From Candidatus Saccharimonadota bacterium (GTDB taxonomy: Bacteria; Patescibacteriota; Microgenomatia; UBA1406; GWC2-37-13): a stretch of DNA of 32,000 nt. Below are positions 1-9,739 of the stretch, in pieces; position 1 is the stretch's first letter, and every line of letters begins with the position of its first letter. The notes below the pieces were generated by a model that saw only the letters and a list, made by a program, of their open reading frames with translations, had not been told where the DNA came from and ran no database searches. The stretch lies in assembly GCA_001790095.1 (NCBI GenBank), contig MGBH01000001.1, positions 60,001 through 92,000 on the forward strand. The letters are read 5' to 3'. Both the position numbers and the translations under genes were made by a program.

Positions 1-970
1 GCAAAAGAATAAATAGTGTGATGGCACGATAGTGGGAAGATCTCTTTTTTTGCCGTATGAAATCAAATATTAAAGCAAATAATCCAAAAGTTCCAAGAAG
101 TATGTGTATTTTTCCTAAAGTAAAAGGCATACCGTCATCTTGGCAGCCCTTGGCTGATCCCGAAAATTCCCAAAGGGGAGAACTCCAGATTTGCCACGCA
201 CAAAGAAAATGATCTTGATAATGAGTGATTTGAGCATTTTGTGATGCATATGTTAGAGGTAACTCTATTACGGCAGGTATTAGAAAATAAGCAGACAAAA
301 GAAGTCCGATACCCAACATCATAAAGTTTCTTTTTTTATTGTTGAGAAGAAGTACAAATACAGAGGCAATACCTACAAAAAGGAGAGAAAACACATTGTG
401 TACAGTAAAAGTAAAAGAAATGATAAGGGATGAAATCGCAAATATATATGGAGACAACTTTCTTGAATTGAGCACTATCAAGTACAGAGCAAGTGGGAAA
501 AGGACCAAAAACCAACACTCAGCAAGGTTTCCCCGTACAAATATTTCAATCGCAAACCATAAGGAAGATGCGTATGTTATCCCTCCCATTACGCTGGGAA
601 GAAATCCAAAAAATAGTCTCAGGAATAAAAACATCGAGGTAAAAGACAGTATCAGACTCAAAAAAAAGGAGAATTTCAATGCCATAGGAATAGGAAGACC
701 AATAAGATGTAATCCTGTTGTTACCCAATATGAAAACGGTGCATAAAAATTGAAGACAGGGAATCCTAGATTATGGGAAAGCTCAGGAGCAAGTCTTGGA
801 GGTATATGGCCAGATTTGATATTGAGAGCCATCTGTTGGATTCGGGCAGCCTGTGTCTCATCGTGAAAATTAAACATGCGCGAATCAAAGGGGTTCAGAG
901 TTTTTCCTAAAGTTATGGCAATAATGCCACAGATAAGAAAAAAGACTACGACTCTGATTCTTTTATCCAT
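1..970 (-). CDS. Polytopic membrane protein, GT-C/YfhO-like candidate; C-terminus lies beyond the window edge
   Basis: Absent from the ORF track because it has no stop inside the window. Hand translation of the minus strand from ATG 968-970 stays open to base 1: MDKRIRVVVFFLICGIIAITLGK..FHDETQAARIQQMALNIKSGHIPPRLAPELSHNLGFPVFNFYAPFSYW..MMLGIGLLLSAYFLIPAVIELPLTYASQ. It has multiple hydrophobic spans. The ATG sits 1 nt after the stop (972-974) of the upstream operon gene. Confidence 0.7.
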   Translation of the reverse strand, partial: MDKRIRVVVFFLICGIIAITLGKTLNPFDSRMFNFHDETQAARIQQMALNIKSGHIPPRLAPELSHNLGFPVFNFYAPFSYWVTTGLHLIGLPIPMALKFSFFLSLILSFTSMFLFLRLFFGFLPSVMGGITYASSLWFAIEIFVRGNLAECWFLVLFPLALYLIVLNSRKLSPYIFAISSLIISFTFTVHNVFSLLFVGIASVFVLLLNNKKRNFMMLGIGLLLSAYFLIPAVIELPLTYASQNAQITHYQDHFLCAWQIWSSPLWEFSGSAKGCQDDGMPFTLGKIHILLGTFGLFALIFDFIRQKKRSSHYRAITLFILL

Positions 971-971
971 T

Positions 972-2486
972 TTATTTAGTCAATTCAAGCAAATGTATGA
1001 CCGAATCGCGATTTGGTTTATAGTAGGATTTAATCAGTTTGACTGGCCAGTTGGTTGGGTAGGTTAGTTGATGTGCAAGTACTACATATACTTTTCTTTC
1101 TCCGATTTCCTTTTGATGGTTAATAAGCTCCTTTTCTCCAAGCGGCCAATATCCAACGATTGAGATAGTGTCATCAGGGCGAAGAAAGGTGTCGAGTATA
1201 TCTCCTGACATACCAAAATTCCCTTCAGCCAGTATAACTACCGGTTTTTCCTTTGTTTGTTCCCGCGCAAAAGCAACTATTTCTTTTGCACCATATCCAA
1301 CCGTTTCTCCAATCACATATTGTCCACGATCTATTGGGGGGAATATTATCCCTTTATAGTTAAACCACATAAAGTAATCAAACACAAGTGTTGATGCGAT
1401 TATGAAAGTGAGAGAAAGCAATACTACTCTGTTGTTTTTTATTTGAGAAAGAAAATATGCAGCAAGTATTACAAACAAAGAACCGAAAAATATGATATAT
1501 CTGGGAAACAACACCCGAGTCAAGAATGAAATACCGATATAAGGAATCAAAATCCATGCACAAATATAAAAGAAATAACGTTTGTTTTTTTGAAACAACT
1601 TAAAGAGTCCAAGGAAACCAAATGGTACGATCACCCACCCAAGCTCAGAAAAAACGTAGTAGGGTATAGTCTTTATATTGCTTATGAAGACGGCTAGAGG
1701 GTTTTTCATCCACTCATCAAAAGTCATAACAAATGTTTTATTTTTTTCTTCAACAAAGTGTAGGAAGGGTGAGAGTCGTTGGATATTGTAAATAGCAAAT
1801 GCAATACATGCGGAGAGAGCAAATAAAAATAGAAAATTTACGAGCTTGATAAGAAATCTTTTTGTATTTTTTTCCCAAAAAAGAATAGGGCCAAGAGTAG
1901 ACAGCCCCATAAATAGCCTTGATGATGACTTGGCTAATAGACCCATACCTCCAAATAATCCAAATAGAAGCGATACATCAAGTCTTTGATTTTTTGCAAG
2001 TAAGATTGAAAAAAACAGGAACCAGATAAAAAAGGCATTCACTCCAGAATCAACAAGTGCAATGCGATCATAAAATAAAAAATAGGGTACAAATACATAT
2101 AAAAGACTTCCTATGTGAGCGGCTTTTTTCCCAAATACATAGTAAAGAAGCGTAAACATACCCGCAAGCGCAAAAAGGCCAGTTGAGACAGAGAAAAGTC
2201 TACCTGCAAAGAGAGCATTATTGGGGAACAGTTTGAGGAATGGTATGGTTCCCCATGTCTGGAGAGGCTGTTTACCGTCAGTCAATGAGATAAACCTCCA
2301 AGAAGCATCGTGCCATGCTATCTTTGCCCAGTGGATATAGATACCTTCATCATTAAAAATAGGTAACTGTTCAAGGTTCACTAGGCGGGTGATAAAGTAA
2401 AGAATTATGAGACATAGGACGATAAAGAAATCTTTTTTTGAAAAATGCTTCTTTACAGAAGAGAAGATCGTGTATATGTCAAACAT
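972..2486 (-). CDS. GT-C fold membrane glycosyltransferase (ArnT/PMT, GT39/83-like), 504 aa
   Basis: Track ORF. N-terminal motif LPIFNDEGIYIHWAKIAW after TM1, which is the Asp/Glu-containing first loop typical of ArnT/PMT_2 enzymes. About 10 or more hydrophobic spans and a soluble C-terminal domain. Confidence 0.8.
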   Translation of the reverse strand: MFDIYTIFSSVKKHFSKKDFFIVLCLIILYFITRLVNLEQLPIFNDEGIYIHWAKIAWHDASWRFISLTDGKQPLQTWGTIPFLKLFPNNALFAGRLFSVSTGLFALAGMFTLLYYVFGKKAAHIGSLLYVFVPYFLFYDRIALVDSGVNAFFIWFLFFSILLAKNQRLDVSLLFGLFGGMGLLAKSSSRLFMGLSTLGPILFWEKNTKRFLIKLVNFLFLFALSACIAFAIYNIQRLSPFLHFVEEKNKTFVMTFDEWMKNPLAVFISNIKTIPYYVFSELGWVIVPFGFLGLFKLFQKNKRYFFYICAWILIPYIGISFLTRVLFPRYIIFFGSLFVILAAYFLSQIKNNRVVLLSLTFIIASTLVFDYFMWFNYKGIIFPPIDRGQYVIGETVGYGAKEIVAFAREQTKEKPVVILAEGNFGMSGDILDTFLRPDDTISIVGYWPLGEKELINHQKEIGERKVYVVLAHQLTYPTNWPVKLIKSYYKPNRDSVIHLLELTK

Positions 2487-2515
2487 ATGTGGATAAATTA
2501 TATCATTTTTACGCC

Positions 2516-3982
2516 TTATTTAGCTATAAAAAGAGCGTACGTTTTATTATCTGAGATTTGTCTGACTATCTGTTTACTTGGTAGCAATAATGGAACATCA
2601 TCTTTTACTACAATCATACATGCATTAGTGAGAAGGTTATCAAACTTCTGTTTTGCCTCATTTAGATCATATATATTGGAAGTTGTGGTATCGGCGTAGT
2701 AAGCGATAGATGGATGGTTTCCCCACCAAGTAGTGGTTGAGATGACAAGGTCCATTGACTTTAGTGTTGCATATGATGAGCGTGTTGAGCTGTCAACGAG
2801 TACATATAATCCATCGCAACGATTCTTTTTTGCATCTCTTGCAATGAGCTGATGATCTTCAAGAGAAGAGAAGGATCGAGTTAAAAGCATTTTTATGGGG
2901 GTAATGGTGAAAAAAAATAACCAGAGTAACGTCGCAAAAGATAGGATAAGCAGGAGGGGTTTTTTCTTTAGAAACGTCAAAGGATAAGAGGCAAGAAAAG
3001 CAAACTGCGGAAGAACTGGATATATATACCATTCGATTTTTGTTTTCGTGAGATTGAGAAACACGAACCATGGCACAAAAAAGACGGCAAGAAAAGTTGG
3101 ATAGACACTCCTCTTTTTTGTAAAAAAAGAATATGCAAAATAAAGAAGTGAGATAAGGGCCGGAATAAGAAGTAGCTTAAATTGATCAATAAGTACGGTG
3201 ACATAGAATGTACGCTGACCAAAGTGTTGTTCGATAGATGCGGTGACTCTCTTAAAATGGCTATCGATGAATTGGTATTGGATAAATGGATATTTATATA
3301 TAAGCATCATGCCGATAAACCATAAAGAAGAAACTCCAAGCTGTATCGCCACTTTTTTTATCAGCGAAACAAAATGCTTTTTGTCAATTTGTTTAGTAGC
3401 AAGACTATAAACATAAAAAGAGGTGAAAAGAAGTGGTGGAAAAAATCCAAGAAGTGATTTGCTAAGTACTGCAAGAAGAAGAAAAAGAGTGCTTATTATC
3501 ATGTTTTCATACCATAAAACATATCCCAGCCATCCCAAAAGGAGAAAAACATCGACATTCAAAGCTTGTGAGCGTTGAAAAAAAATAGGTAGGAAAGCGG
3601 TTATAATGACCGTAAGGAGAGCGGGAATTTTTTGTTTTGTGATTCGATATGCCAGTGCGTATTGGAACAGCAAAACAAAGCAGCTTAATATAAGCGTTGC
3701 AAGCCGTGTCGATATCTCAGGTGCAATAGGTACAAGTTGTACTAGTCCATAGAACAACGAAGGAATAGGGGGTTTATCAAGCCAGGGTTTGCCTTGCCAC
3801 AAAGGTACGAAGAATGATTTTGCACGTATCATTTCTCTCCCGACTTGCGCATAAATTGACTCATCCCAATCATAAAACGGGGGTTTCTGTAAGATGCGAT
3901 ATGAGATGATGGAAAAGTACACAATAAGAAAGAGAATGACTATGTAATGTTTTTTAATAAGCTCAATGTTTATTTTTTTCAT
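2516..3982 (-). CDS. GT-C fold membrane glycosyltransferase (ArnT/PMT_2-like), 488 aa
   Basis: Track ORF. Motif PPFYDWDESIYAQVGREMIRAKSFFVPLWQGKPWLDKPPI closely matches the ArnT/PMT_2 loop-1 signature. Polytopic. Confidence 0.85.
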   Translation of the reverse strand: MKKINIELIKKHYIVILFLIVYFSIISYRILQKPPFYDWDESIYAQVGREMIRAKSFFVPLWQGKPWLDKPPIPSLFYGLVQLVPIAPEISTRLATLILSCFVLLFQYALAYRITKQKIPALLTVIITAFLPIFFQRSQALNVDVFLLLGWLGYVLWYENMIISTLFLLLAVLSKSLLGFFPPLLFTSFYVYSLATKQIDKKHFVSLIKKVAIQLGVSSLWFIGMMLIYKYPFIQYQFIDSHFKRVTASIEQHFGQRTFYVTVLIDQFKLLLIPALISLLYFAYSFFTKKRSVYPTFLAVFFVPWFVFLNLTKTKIEWYIYPVLPQFAFLASYPLTFLKKKPLLLILSFATLLWLFFFTITPIKMLLTRSFSSLEDHQLIARDAKKNRCDGLYVLVDSSTRSSYATLKSMDLVISTTTWWGNHPSIAYYADTTTSNIYDLNEAKQKFDNLLTNACMIVVKDDVPLLLPSKQIVRQISDNKTYALFIAK

Positions 3983-5150
3983 GAGTAAAGCAGTAATGAA
4001 TAAATAAGACGACCTGTATATAAGATGGAAAATATAACATCATAAGGTAGCGAGGTGAGATTGGAATAAAGCACAGATAAAATAAAAACACAATAAACCA
4101 ATAACTTAAGAATATTCCTATTTGAAATGACGCATCTTTTTGATTTTTTTTATCGAGCTTCATTACGAATAATTGATACAGAAAAAAGATAGTAGAGATG
4201 ATTGAAAGAACAAAAAACACCGGCCAGACAAGCGACCAACCCGAGTAGGTAATATAGGGTTTTTCACCCCACCAAACTCTCCAGCGATTTTGCAGAATAA
4301 GGGGTAGTACGTTGGCAAAAGTTTTTGAGCGATCGATTGAGTTATTTTGCCAAAATAAATAAATCCATTTTTGTACTCCAAAAAAGGGAAGAAATGCTTT
4401 AATCTCAATAAAATATCGCAGATATGTTCCTGCATAAGTAATAAATGCAACTGGTAAGATGACAAACACATAGCGGAACATAATACGTACATGCTTTTTG
4501 TAAGAAATGAGCGCAAGTCCGGTGACGCCTATCGCAACAAAGGCAGGAAAATAGAGCTTAATGGAAGATAGACAACCCAAAGCAATTCCCATGAAGAAAA
4601 GCAGTAGCGTCCTTTCTGACTTGAGCCAAAGAGAAAGTAGATATATATAAAGCAAAAGAAAAGATACCTGAATAATGTCCAGAATAGGTGAATGGATTAT
4701 TTGATCAATCAGCATTGGATCAAGAGAAAGAAAAAAAAGTGACAAGCTTGCAAGTAATTTGGAATGGGTAAGCGAAAAAACAACAAGAAAGATGAGAATA
4801 AAGTTCGAAAGAGCAAAAAAAAGGGAGACTATCCGGTTGTTCTGAAAAATGATAGTAAAAAGACCGATTATATATTTACCAAGCGGTGGGTGATCTGAGT
4901 TGATCAGAATGGGGTTTAGACCGTTAATATATTTATATCCCGCATGACTTAGTAACTCTTCATCTGATATAGGATGTTTTGATTGAGGAATCATGTATTG
5001 GGAAGCGTTATATTTTTTTTCATACAAAGCAGGGTCAAATTTTTCCGTGAATCTATACAAGTTTTGATAGACAGGAACTGTAATTCGGATAATTGCAACA
5101 AAAAAGAAGACTGTGGTTGTAATGGTGGATAGATTTATTTTATTTTTCAT
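3963..5150 (-). CDS. GT-C fold membrane glycosyltransferase (PMT-like), 395 aa
   Basis: Track ORF. SDHPPLGKYIIGLF resembles the DxHPPLGK loop-1 motif of protein O-mannosyltransferases. Polytopic. Overlaps the downstream gene by 20 nt. Confidence 0.75.
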   Translation of the reverse strand: MKNKINLSTITTTVFFFVAIIRITVPVYQNLYRFTEKFDPALYEKKYNASQYMIPQSKHPISDEELLSHAGYKYINGLNPILINSDHPPLGKYIIGLFTIIFQNNRIVSLFFALSNFILIFLVVFSLTHSKLLASLSLFFLSLDPMLIDQIIHSPILDIIQVSFLLLYIYLLSLWLKSERTLLLFFMGIALGCLSSIKLYFPAFVAIGVTGLALISYKKHVRIMFRYVFVILPVAFITYAGTYLRYFIEIKAFLPFFGVQKWIYLFWQNNSIDRSKTFANVLPLILQNRWRVWWGEKPYITYSGWSLVWPVFFVLSIISTIFFLYQLFVMKLDKKNQKDASFQIGIFLSYWFIVFLFYLCFIPISPRYLMMLYFPSYIQVVLFIHYCFTHEKNKH

Positions 5151-6414
5151 TTATTTGCTCCATGGGGAGATAACTCTTTAAATCCCTTTCCGCTTCAAAC
5201 GCTTCTTCAAAAACAGTTTTCTGATGTACAAAATAAGTTCTAAGTTCATAAACGGTAGAGACAGAGAAAAGAAGTATTATTGCGATAAGCAAGACTTTTT
5301 GAGGTACATATTTTTTTACCATACCTATATTACTTATAAACTGCAATGATAATCCGATAAAGTACACAACCGATGGTAAAACAGTAAATGTCCGTAGCAT
5401 ATTAGGGTTTTCCCATGGATATGTAAACAAGGTCGGAGCAAGCGAAATAAGAAACCACAATAGGAAGAACTGGTTATATTTATTTTTGATTTGTTTCAAC
5501 GCAAGGATAAGCCCGAACAAAAAGAAAAATCCAAGTATAAGGTTAAGAGCTGGTTTATTTGGATAGTTGTGTCTGCCGTTTACATCACCTTTAATCATAA
5601 AAATACCGACAGTTGATGAAAGATTCCTTACAAAAAATTGTCCCTTTTCTTGTAGCGCCATCTCATGATTGTCAGGATAAAACTGCTGATAAAAACGGGT
5701 GTCTTTATTTATATTAAGATAAATGGAAAGGGGAAGTATCAGGAGAAAAAAAGGAACAAGAAAATATGATAAAGTGGTGATTCTTTTTGCTTTCATTACA
5801 AAAAATGAGTGAATCAATAGGGTAAGCGGAATAAGAATAAATATTCTTCCTGGTTGATATGAATTATAGGCAAGGCCGGCAAATACTCCCGATAAGACAA
5901 GAGGTGACCATTTTTTTGTCTCTATGTGGTGAAGCATAAAGAAAAGAGATGAGAACTCGAGAAAAAGTAAAAAAGTTGCCTCAAATCCAAACCGTGCAAA
6001 GTTAAAATACCATCTCATAGTGACAAAGATAAGGGAAAGTAACAGGGGGGTTAATGCGTAGACTATACTACTAGGTTTTTTATTAAAGACTTTTTTCAAG
6101 ATATTATAAAAAATAAGCGGATTGAAAAGGCCAAATATAAGAGATGGTAAACGAAGAGCAAATAAAGAGATCCCAAATAACTTAAACGATAATAAGATGA
6201 TATAAAAATATAACGTTGCATGACCGGTCGCTAGCTGGCTGTATGGAGTGTATGACTGTTTCCCTAGTTGAATTGCTAGTTTTGCAAACTCAATCTCATC
6301 AAATGTAGTCCTTTTTGGTATGGATAAAAAATGATAAAAAACCACAAATAAACTTACGCCAAATAATAAGATAAGAGGAAGATATTTTTTAATCGTATTT
6401 TTTGGTAAGGTCAT
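5140..6414 (-). CDS. GT-C fold membrane glycosyltransferase-like protein, 424 aa
   Basis: Track ORF. TM1 followed by TTFDEIEFAKLAIQL, an acidic loop-1 motif. Polytopic. Overlaps its neighbours by 11 and 26 nt. Confidence 0.7.
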   Translation of the reverse strand: MTLPKNTIKKYLPLILLFGVSLFVVFYHFLSIPKRTTFDEIEFAKLAIQLGKQSYTPYSQLATGHATLYFYIILLSFKLFGISLFALRLPSLIFGLFNPLIFYNILKKVFNKKPSSIVYALTPLLLSLIFVTMRWYFNFARFGFEATFLLFLEFSSLFFMLHHIETKKWSPLVLSGVFAGLAYNSYQPGRIFILIPLTLLIHSFFVMKAKRITTLSYFLVPFFLLILPLSIYLNINKDTRFYQQFYPDNHEMALQEKGQFFVRNLSSTVGIFMIKGDVNGRHNYPNKPALNLILGFFFLFGLILALKQIKNKYNQFFLLWFLISLAPTLFTYPWENPNMLRTFTVLPSVVYFIGLSLQFISNIGMVKKYVPQKVLLIAIILLFSVSTVYELRTYFVHQKTVFEEAFEAERDLKSYLPMEQINEK

Positions 6415-7138
6415 AATATTTCATAGCCAGAATATCCTTCATGGTTTCAAAAAAATCTTTGAGAAAGTTAACATTCTTCGTTTCTACATGTTTCCAGGTG
6501 ACAGGTATTTCCTTGATTTTATATCCAAGCTTATTGGCAAGAAACAGAAACTCCAAATCAAATCCGGCCTTGACGGATGAGCCCTTTATACTTTGTTGGT
6601 GATTATTAAATACCTTAAGCTTACTCAATATGTGGAGTGCAGCTTTGCGATTGAAGGTTTTGAAACCGCATTGGGTATCTTTGATATCTTTGAGTCCGAT
6701 CATCAGATTACGTATAAAGATAAAACCAACAGCCATAAGTTTGCGAAGAATTGGTGCTCCGGCCCTATGGGTATTGCGGGACCCAATCGCAATATCAAAT
6801 CCATTTTGGAGTGCCTCAATCATTTTTTTACTTTCTTCAATCGGAGTCGCTAGATCAATATCGGTAAACATGACGATGTCGCCCTTTGTTTTTTTTATGC
6901 CTGTAATTAGTGCCTGTGCTTTTCCTTGATGAGCATTCTCTATGAGGTGAAATTTGGGAAACTCAGACAAATACTCATTTTTAATGAGTTTTTTTGTATT
7001 GTCAGATGACCCATCATCAACGATCAGAACTTCGATAAATCGCTTATCATGATGAGTAAAATTGCCGATACGGTCAAGTACACCTTTTTGGATATTAATT
7101 TCTTCGTTGTAACAAGGCACGATGAGTGAGATAGTCAT
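6389..7138 (-). CDS. GT2 family glycosyltransferase, polyprenol-phosphate sugar synthase type (DPM1/GtrB/ArnC-like), 249 aa
   Basis: Track ORF. Motifs ISLIVPCYNEE, VDDGSSDNT and FTDIDLATP (DxD) are the classic GT-A GT2 signature. The size and lack of TM spans fit a lipid-carrier-charging enzyme that supplies GT-C enzymes. Confidence 0.88.
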   Translation of the reverse strand: MTISLIVPCYNEEINIQKGVLDRIGNFTHHDKRFIEVLIVDDGSSDNTKKLIKNEYLSEFPKFHLIENAHQGKAQALITGIKKTKGDIVMFTDIDLATPIEESKKMIEALQNGFDIAIGSRNTHRAGAPILRKLMAVGFIFIRNLMIGLKDIKDTQCGFKTFNRKAALHILSKLKVFNNHQQSIKGSSVKAGFDLEFLFLANKLGYKIKEIPVTWKHVETKNVNFLKDFFETMKDILAMKYYDLTKKYD

Positions 7139-8610
7139 TATTTATGGATAAGTCGATAAACTTTTATTCCCTCAATTTCCCACATTGTATCAATTTTTGC
7201 CTCTCCGAACATATCTATGTTCCATGAATGGGAATCAAGTACGTTGCAGGGTTCTTGATTACACAAGACGTACATCTGTTGAGTTACCTCTCTTGCTTCG
7301 CGGTTCGCTGCTTTAAGACCTTGTTTTTCTAAGAAATATAAGTAAGCCTCTTCGCTGGTAAACTCAATAGGATAAGTTGCAAAATTAAAGGGTTTACGAT
7401 CGATGTAAGGCAAAAGTGTTGATGAGACGCGCTGAGCATGAAGGATTTGATTGTTTGCAGGACCGGTTATGAAGTAGTAATCCTTCATATTGAACACAAG
7501 ATATACTGCAAGGAGTATTGATAGCGCGATCGTTGAGTAAATTTTTTTTGGGATAAAGCCCAGAAGTAAAGCGCAAACAACAAAAAAACTTAAATAGATA
7601 GATCCATAATAGTGTGGGTGACGGGGATTGCTGAGTAGGCTGAAAAAATAGATAAACGAAACAAGATTGATCATGTGTATAAGGGCAAGTAAGTGGACTT
7701 TCCCTTTAATAAAAAGAAAAAGAAAACCCCCAACGAAAAGGATACTTGCGACAATTGAGGCAAAGGCGGGAAGCTTTATCTGTAGGATAACCATCCAAAA
7801 TGCATGATTTGTTTGAATAAGTCTTTCTGCAGGAGAACCACCGGCTATCATATCTTGTTTGGTAAACAAAGAAACAAGGTTTTTAGTATTGAGAAAATCG
7901 TGTTTGAGATCAAATAGGATAAGTGGAGAGGTGACACATAGAAAAGCGATAAAAGCTATAAGGACAGAGAGCAATTGTTTGGTTTTTTTATTTTCACGAA
8001 ACAAAAAGATAGCTGTCACGATACCAATTGGCACTGCGAGAAAGGCAGCTAAATGATGTAATTGAAATGAAAGTGCAAAAAAAGCTCCATATGCGATTGA
8101 GTAATAGTATTTTTCTGTTTTAAGGGATTTGTAGAAAAAATAGAGGGTGAAAAAAGAAAATATAGGGAGTAGATTTGGATTCCATGAAAAACGGGCAAGC
8201 CAAAGAAGTTGAGAAGAAAAACTGGTAAGAATAAGAAAGATAAGAGCAATCTTTTTATCTAAAATTTTTCTTATGATAAAGTATCCTAATACAAGTCCAA
8301 CTATCGAGATAAAAGATACTCCATATGCAAGCCCCGCTGGGTTAAAGGCAAAAAGAAGAAGAAAAGGCGCCATAAGGTAATAAAAAAATGGGCCAAGATA
8401 TACTTGACCTATCGAGCTGGGTGGTCCGATGAGAGGTAGATGTTGTAGTGTTACTATACGCTTAATGATTATGGCGTCTCTTCCTTGATCAGCTAGAAAC
8501 ATGGCAAATTCACCGACACGCCACAGGCGAAGGAATATGGCGCATAGTATAATAAATACAGCTAGTTTATTTTTTTGTATCCATTTTGCTATGTTATTCA
8601 AACGTTTCAT
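7138..8610 (-). CDS. GT-C fold membrane glycosyltransferase-like protein (about 490 aa from M34 of the track ORF)
   Basis: Track ORF is 7138-8709. The first 33 residues (MICKPNQSGDRKRNGAQRRK..) are basic and non-membrane and overlap the divergent gene. MKRLNNIAKWIQKNKLAVFIILCAIFLRLW starting at 8610 looks like a genuine N-terminus plus TM1, followed by the acidic loop FLADQGRDAIIIKRI. The stop shares base 7138 with the GT2 start. Confidence 0.75.
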   Translation of the reverse strand: MKRLNNIAKWIQKNKLAVFIILCAIFLRLWRVGEFAMFLADQGRDAIIIKRIVTLQHLPLIGPPSSIGQVYLGPFFYYLMAPFLLLFAFNPAGLAYGVSFISIVGLVLGYFIIRKILDKKIALIFLILTSFSSQLLWLARFSWNPNLLPIFSFFTLYFFYKSLKTEKYYYSIAYGAFFALSFQLHHLAAFLAVPIGIVTAIFLFRENKKTKQLLSVLIAFIAFLCVTSPLILFDLKHDFLNTKNLVSLFTKQDMIAGGSPAERLIQTNHAFWMVILQIKLPAFASIVASILFVGGFLFLFIKGKVHLLALIHMINLVSFIYFFSLLSNPRHPHYYGSIYLSFFVVCALLLGFIPKKIYSTIALSILLAVYLVFNMKDYYFITGPANNQILHAQRVSSTLLPYIDRKPFNFATYPIEFTSEEAYLYFLEKQGLKAANREAREVTQQMYVLCNQEPCNVLDSHSWNIDMFGEAKIDTMWEIEGIKVYRLIHK

Positions 8611-9724
8611 ACCATATTTTACCTTACTTTTGGTTGTTTTAGCCAGCACTTTTCTTCTTTGGGCTCCGTTTCTTTTTCGATCTCCTGATTGGTTTGGCTT
8701 ACAGATCAAGGACTCAAACTTTATGTATATATATAAACATTTTGATGGACCTCTTTACATAATTCCTGCCAAAACACTTTATGCACCCAACGACATCTCA
8801 CTATTAAGTAGGGACAGCAGCCTAGCTCAAAATCCTATATATTTTACAGCTCATCTACCCCTTTATCCCTTATTGATAAGAGTGGTTTCACCAGTACTAG
8901 GGTATCTTAAGTCAATGATAGCTATTCCTTTATTTTTCTCAATTCTCTTATCCTTTTTGTTTTATTTTTTAGTCAAACGATTAAAGATTTCTCAAAACCC
9001 TCTACTGTTAACATCTATTTTTCTCTTTTTGCCCCGATTTTTAGTGGTGAGATCAGTTGGAGCGCCAGAAACACTCTTCCTTTTTTTAGTACTTTTATCC
9101 CTGTACTGTTTTGAAAAAGGAAAGTATGCGGCCGCCGGACTATTGGGAGGGTTGGCAACAGCGACCAAAACTCCGGGTTTACTTCTTTTTGGGGCGTATG
9201 CTTTTTCTATTCTGGAGCAGTACATGAAGACCAAACAAATCAAGTTTTCATGGTTGTGGATTACACTTATTCCTTTAGGATTTATAGCCGTATGTATGTT
9301 GTACGCTGTACAAACAGGCGACTTTTTTGCCTATTTCCATTCAGGTGACAATATTCATCTTGTTGCTCCCTTTTCCGTTTTTAACTTTCAAAAGAATTGG
9401 GTAGGGACTGCATGGTTAGAAGATATATTGTTCTACTTTTTTCTCTATGGGCTGACGGTTTATCAACTTAAAGATAATAAACATCGAAGCTTTTTCTACT
9501 TTTCCCTTATTTATTGGGTAGCAACACTCTTTGTCCAACACAGGGATATTAGCAGATACAGCTTAATCTTATGGCCGATGGCAGTAATTGCATTTGAGCG
9601 TTTTTTTACCTCAAAGCAGTTTAAGGTAATTTTTATTATCATGCTTTTTGGGATCTATATGTATGCGTGGAATTTTCTTTCCTACAACATAATGCCGATC
9701 AATGAGTGGCTACCATTTATGTAA
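8591..9724 (+). CDS. GT-C-like polytopic membrane protein (about 377 aa from M31 of the track ORF)
   Basis: Track ORF is 8501-9724. MLFKRFIPYFTLLLVVLASTFLLWAPFLF at ATG 8591 looks like the real N-terminus. The internal stretch APETLFLFLVLLSLYCFEKGKYAAAGLLGGLATATKTPGLLLF is typical of GT-C cores. Confidence 0.65.
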   Translation: MLFKRFIPYFTLLLVVLASTFLLWAPFLFRSPDWFGLQIKDSNFMYIYKHFDGPLYIIPAKTLYAPNDISLLSRDSSLAQNPIYFTAHLPLYPLLIRVVSPVLGYLKSMIAIPLFFSILLSFLFYFLVKRLKISQNPLLLTSIFLFLPRFLVVRSVGAPETLFLFLVLLSLYCFEKGKYAAAGLLGGLATATKTPGLLLFGAYAFSILEQYMKTKQIKFSWLWITLIPLGFIAVCMLYAVQTGDFFAYFHSGDNIHLVAPFSVFNFQKNWVGTAWLEDILFYFFLYGLTVYQLKDNKHRSFFYFSLIYWVATLFVQHRDISRYSLILWPMAVIAFERFFTSKQFKVIFIIMLFGIYMYAWNFLSYNIMPINEWLPFM

Positions 9725-9739
9725 ACAAGCAAACTTCTC

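Noticed and set aside
336-1067. Track ORFs 336-518(-), 339-746(+), 546-728(-) and 876-1067(+)
   Set aside because: All lie inside, or opposite to, a long minus-strand reading frame (ATG 968-970, open to base 1) that encodes a coherent polytopic membrane protein. Their translations are low-complexity, Lys/Arg-rich or Cys-rich shadow products.
1168-4516. Small ORFs inside the GT-C genes (1168-1359, 1378-1563, 2445-2699, 2859-3071, 2977-3222, 4163-4516), and similar ones at 6593-6929, 7394-8249, 8992-9243, 11648-11863, 13409-14482, 15139-15357, 18331-18798, 19650-19835, 22664-22939, 25414-25599, 25852-26043, 26429-26623, 26823-27101, 27308-27502, 30439-30636, 30738-30923 and 31727-31969
   Set aside because: Each is nested in or antisense to a longer ORF with clear family motifs, and none shows a recognisable motif of its own.
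8501-8709. Long N-terminal extensions of both divergent ORFs (8501 start on plus, 8709 start on minus)
   Set aside because: The extensions are basic, non-hydrophobic and mutually overlapping for 209 nt. The internal Met codons at 8591 and 8610 give typical basic-then-TM N-termini.
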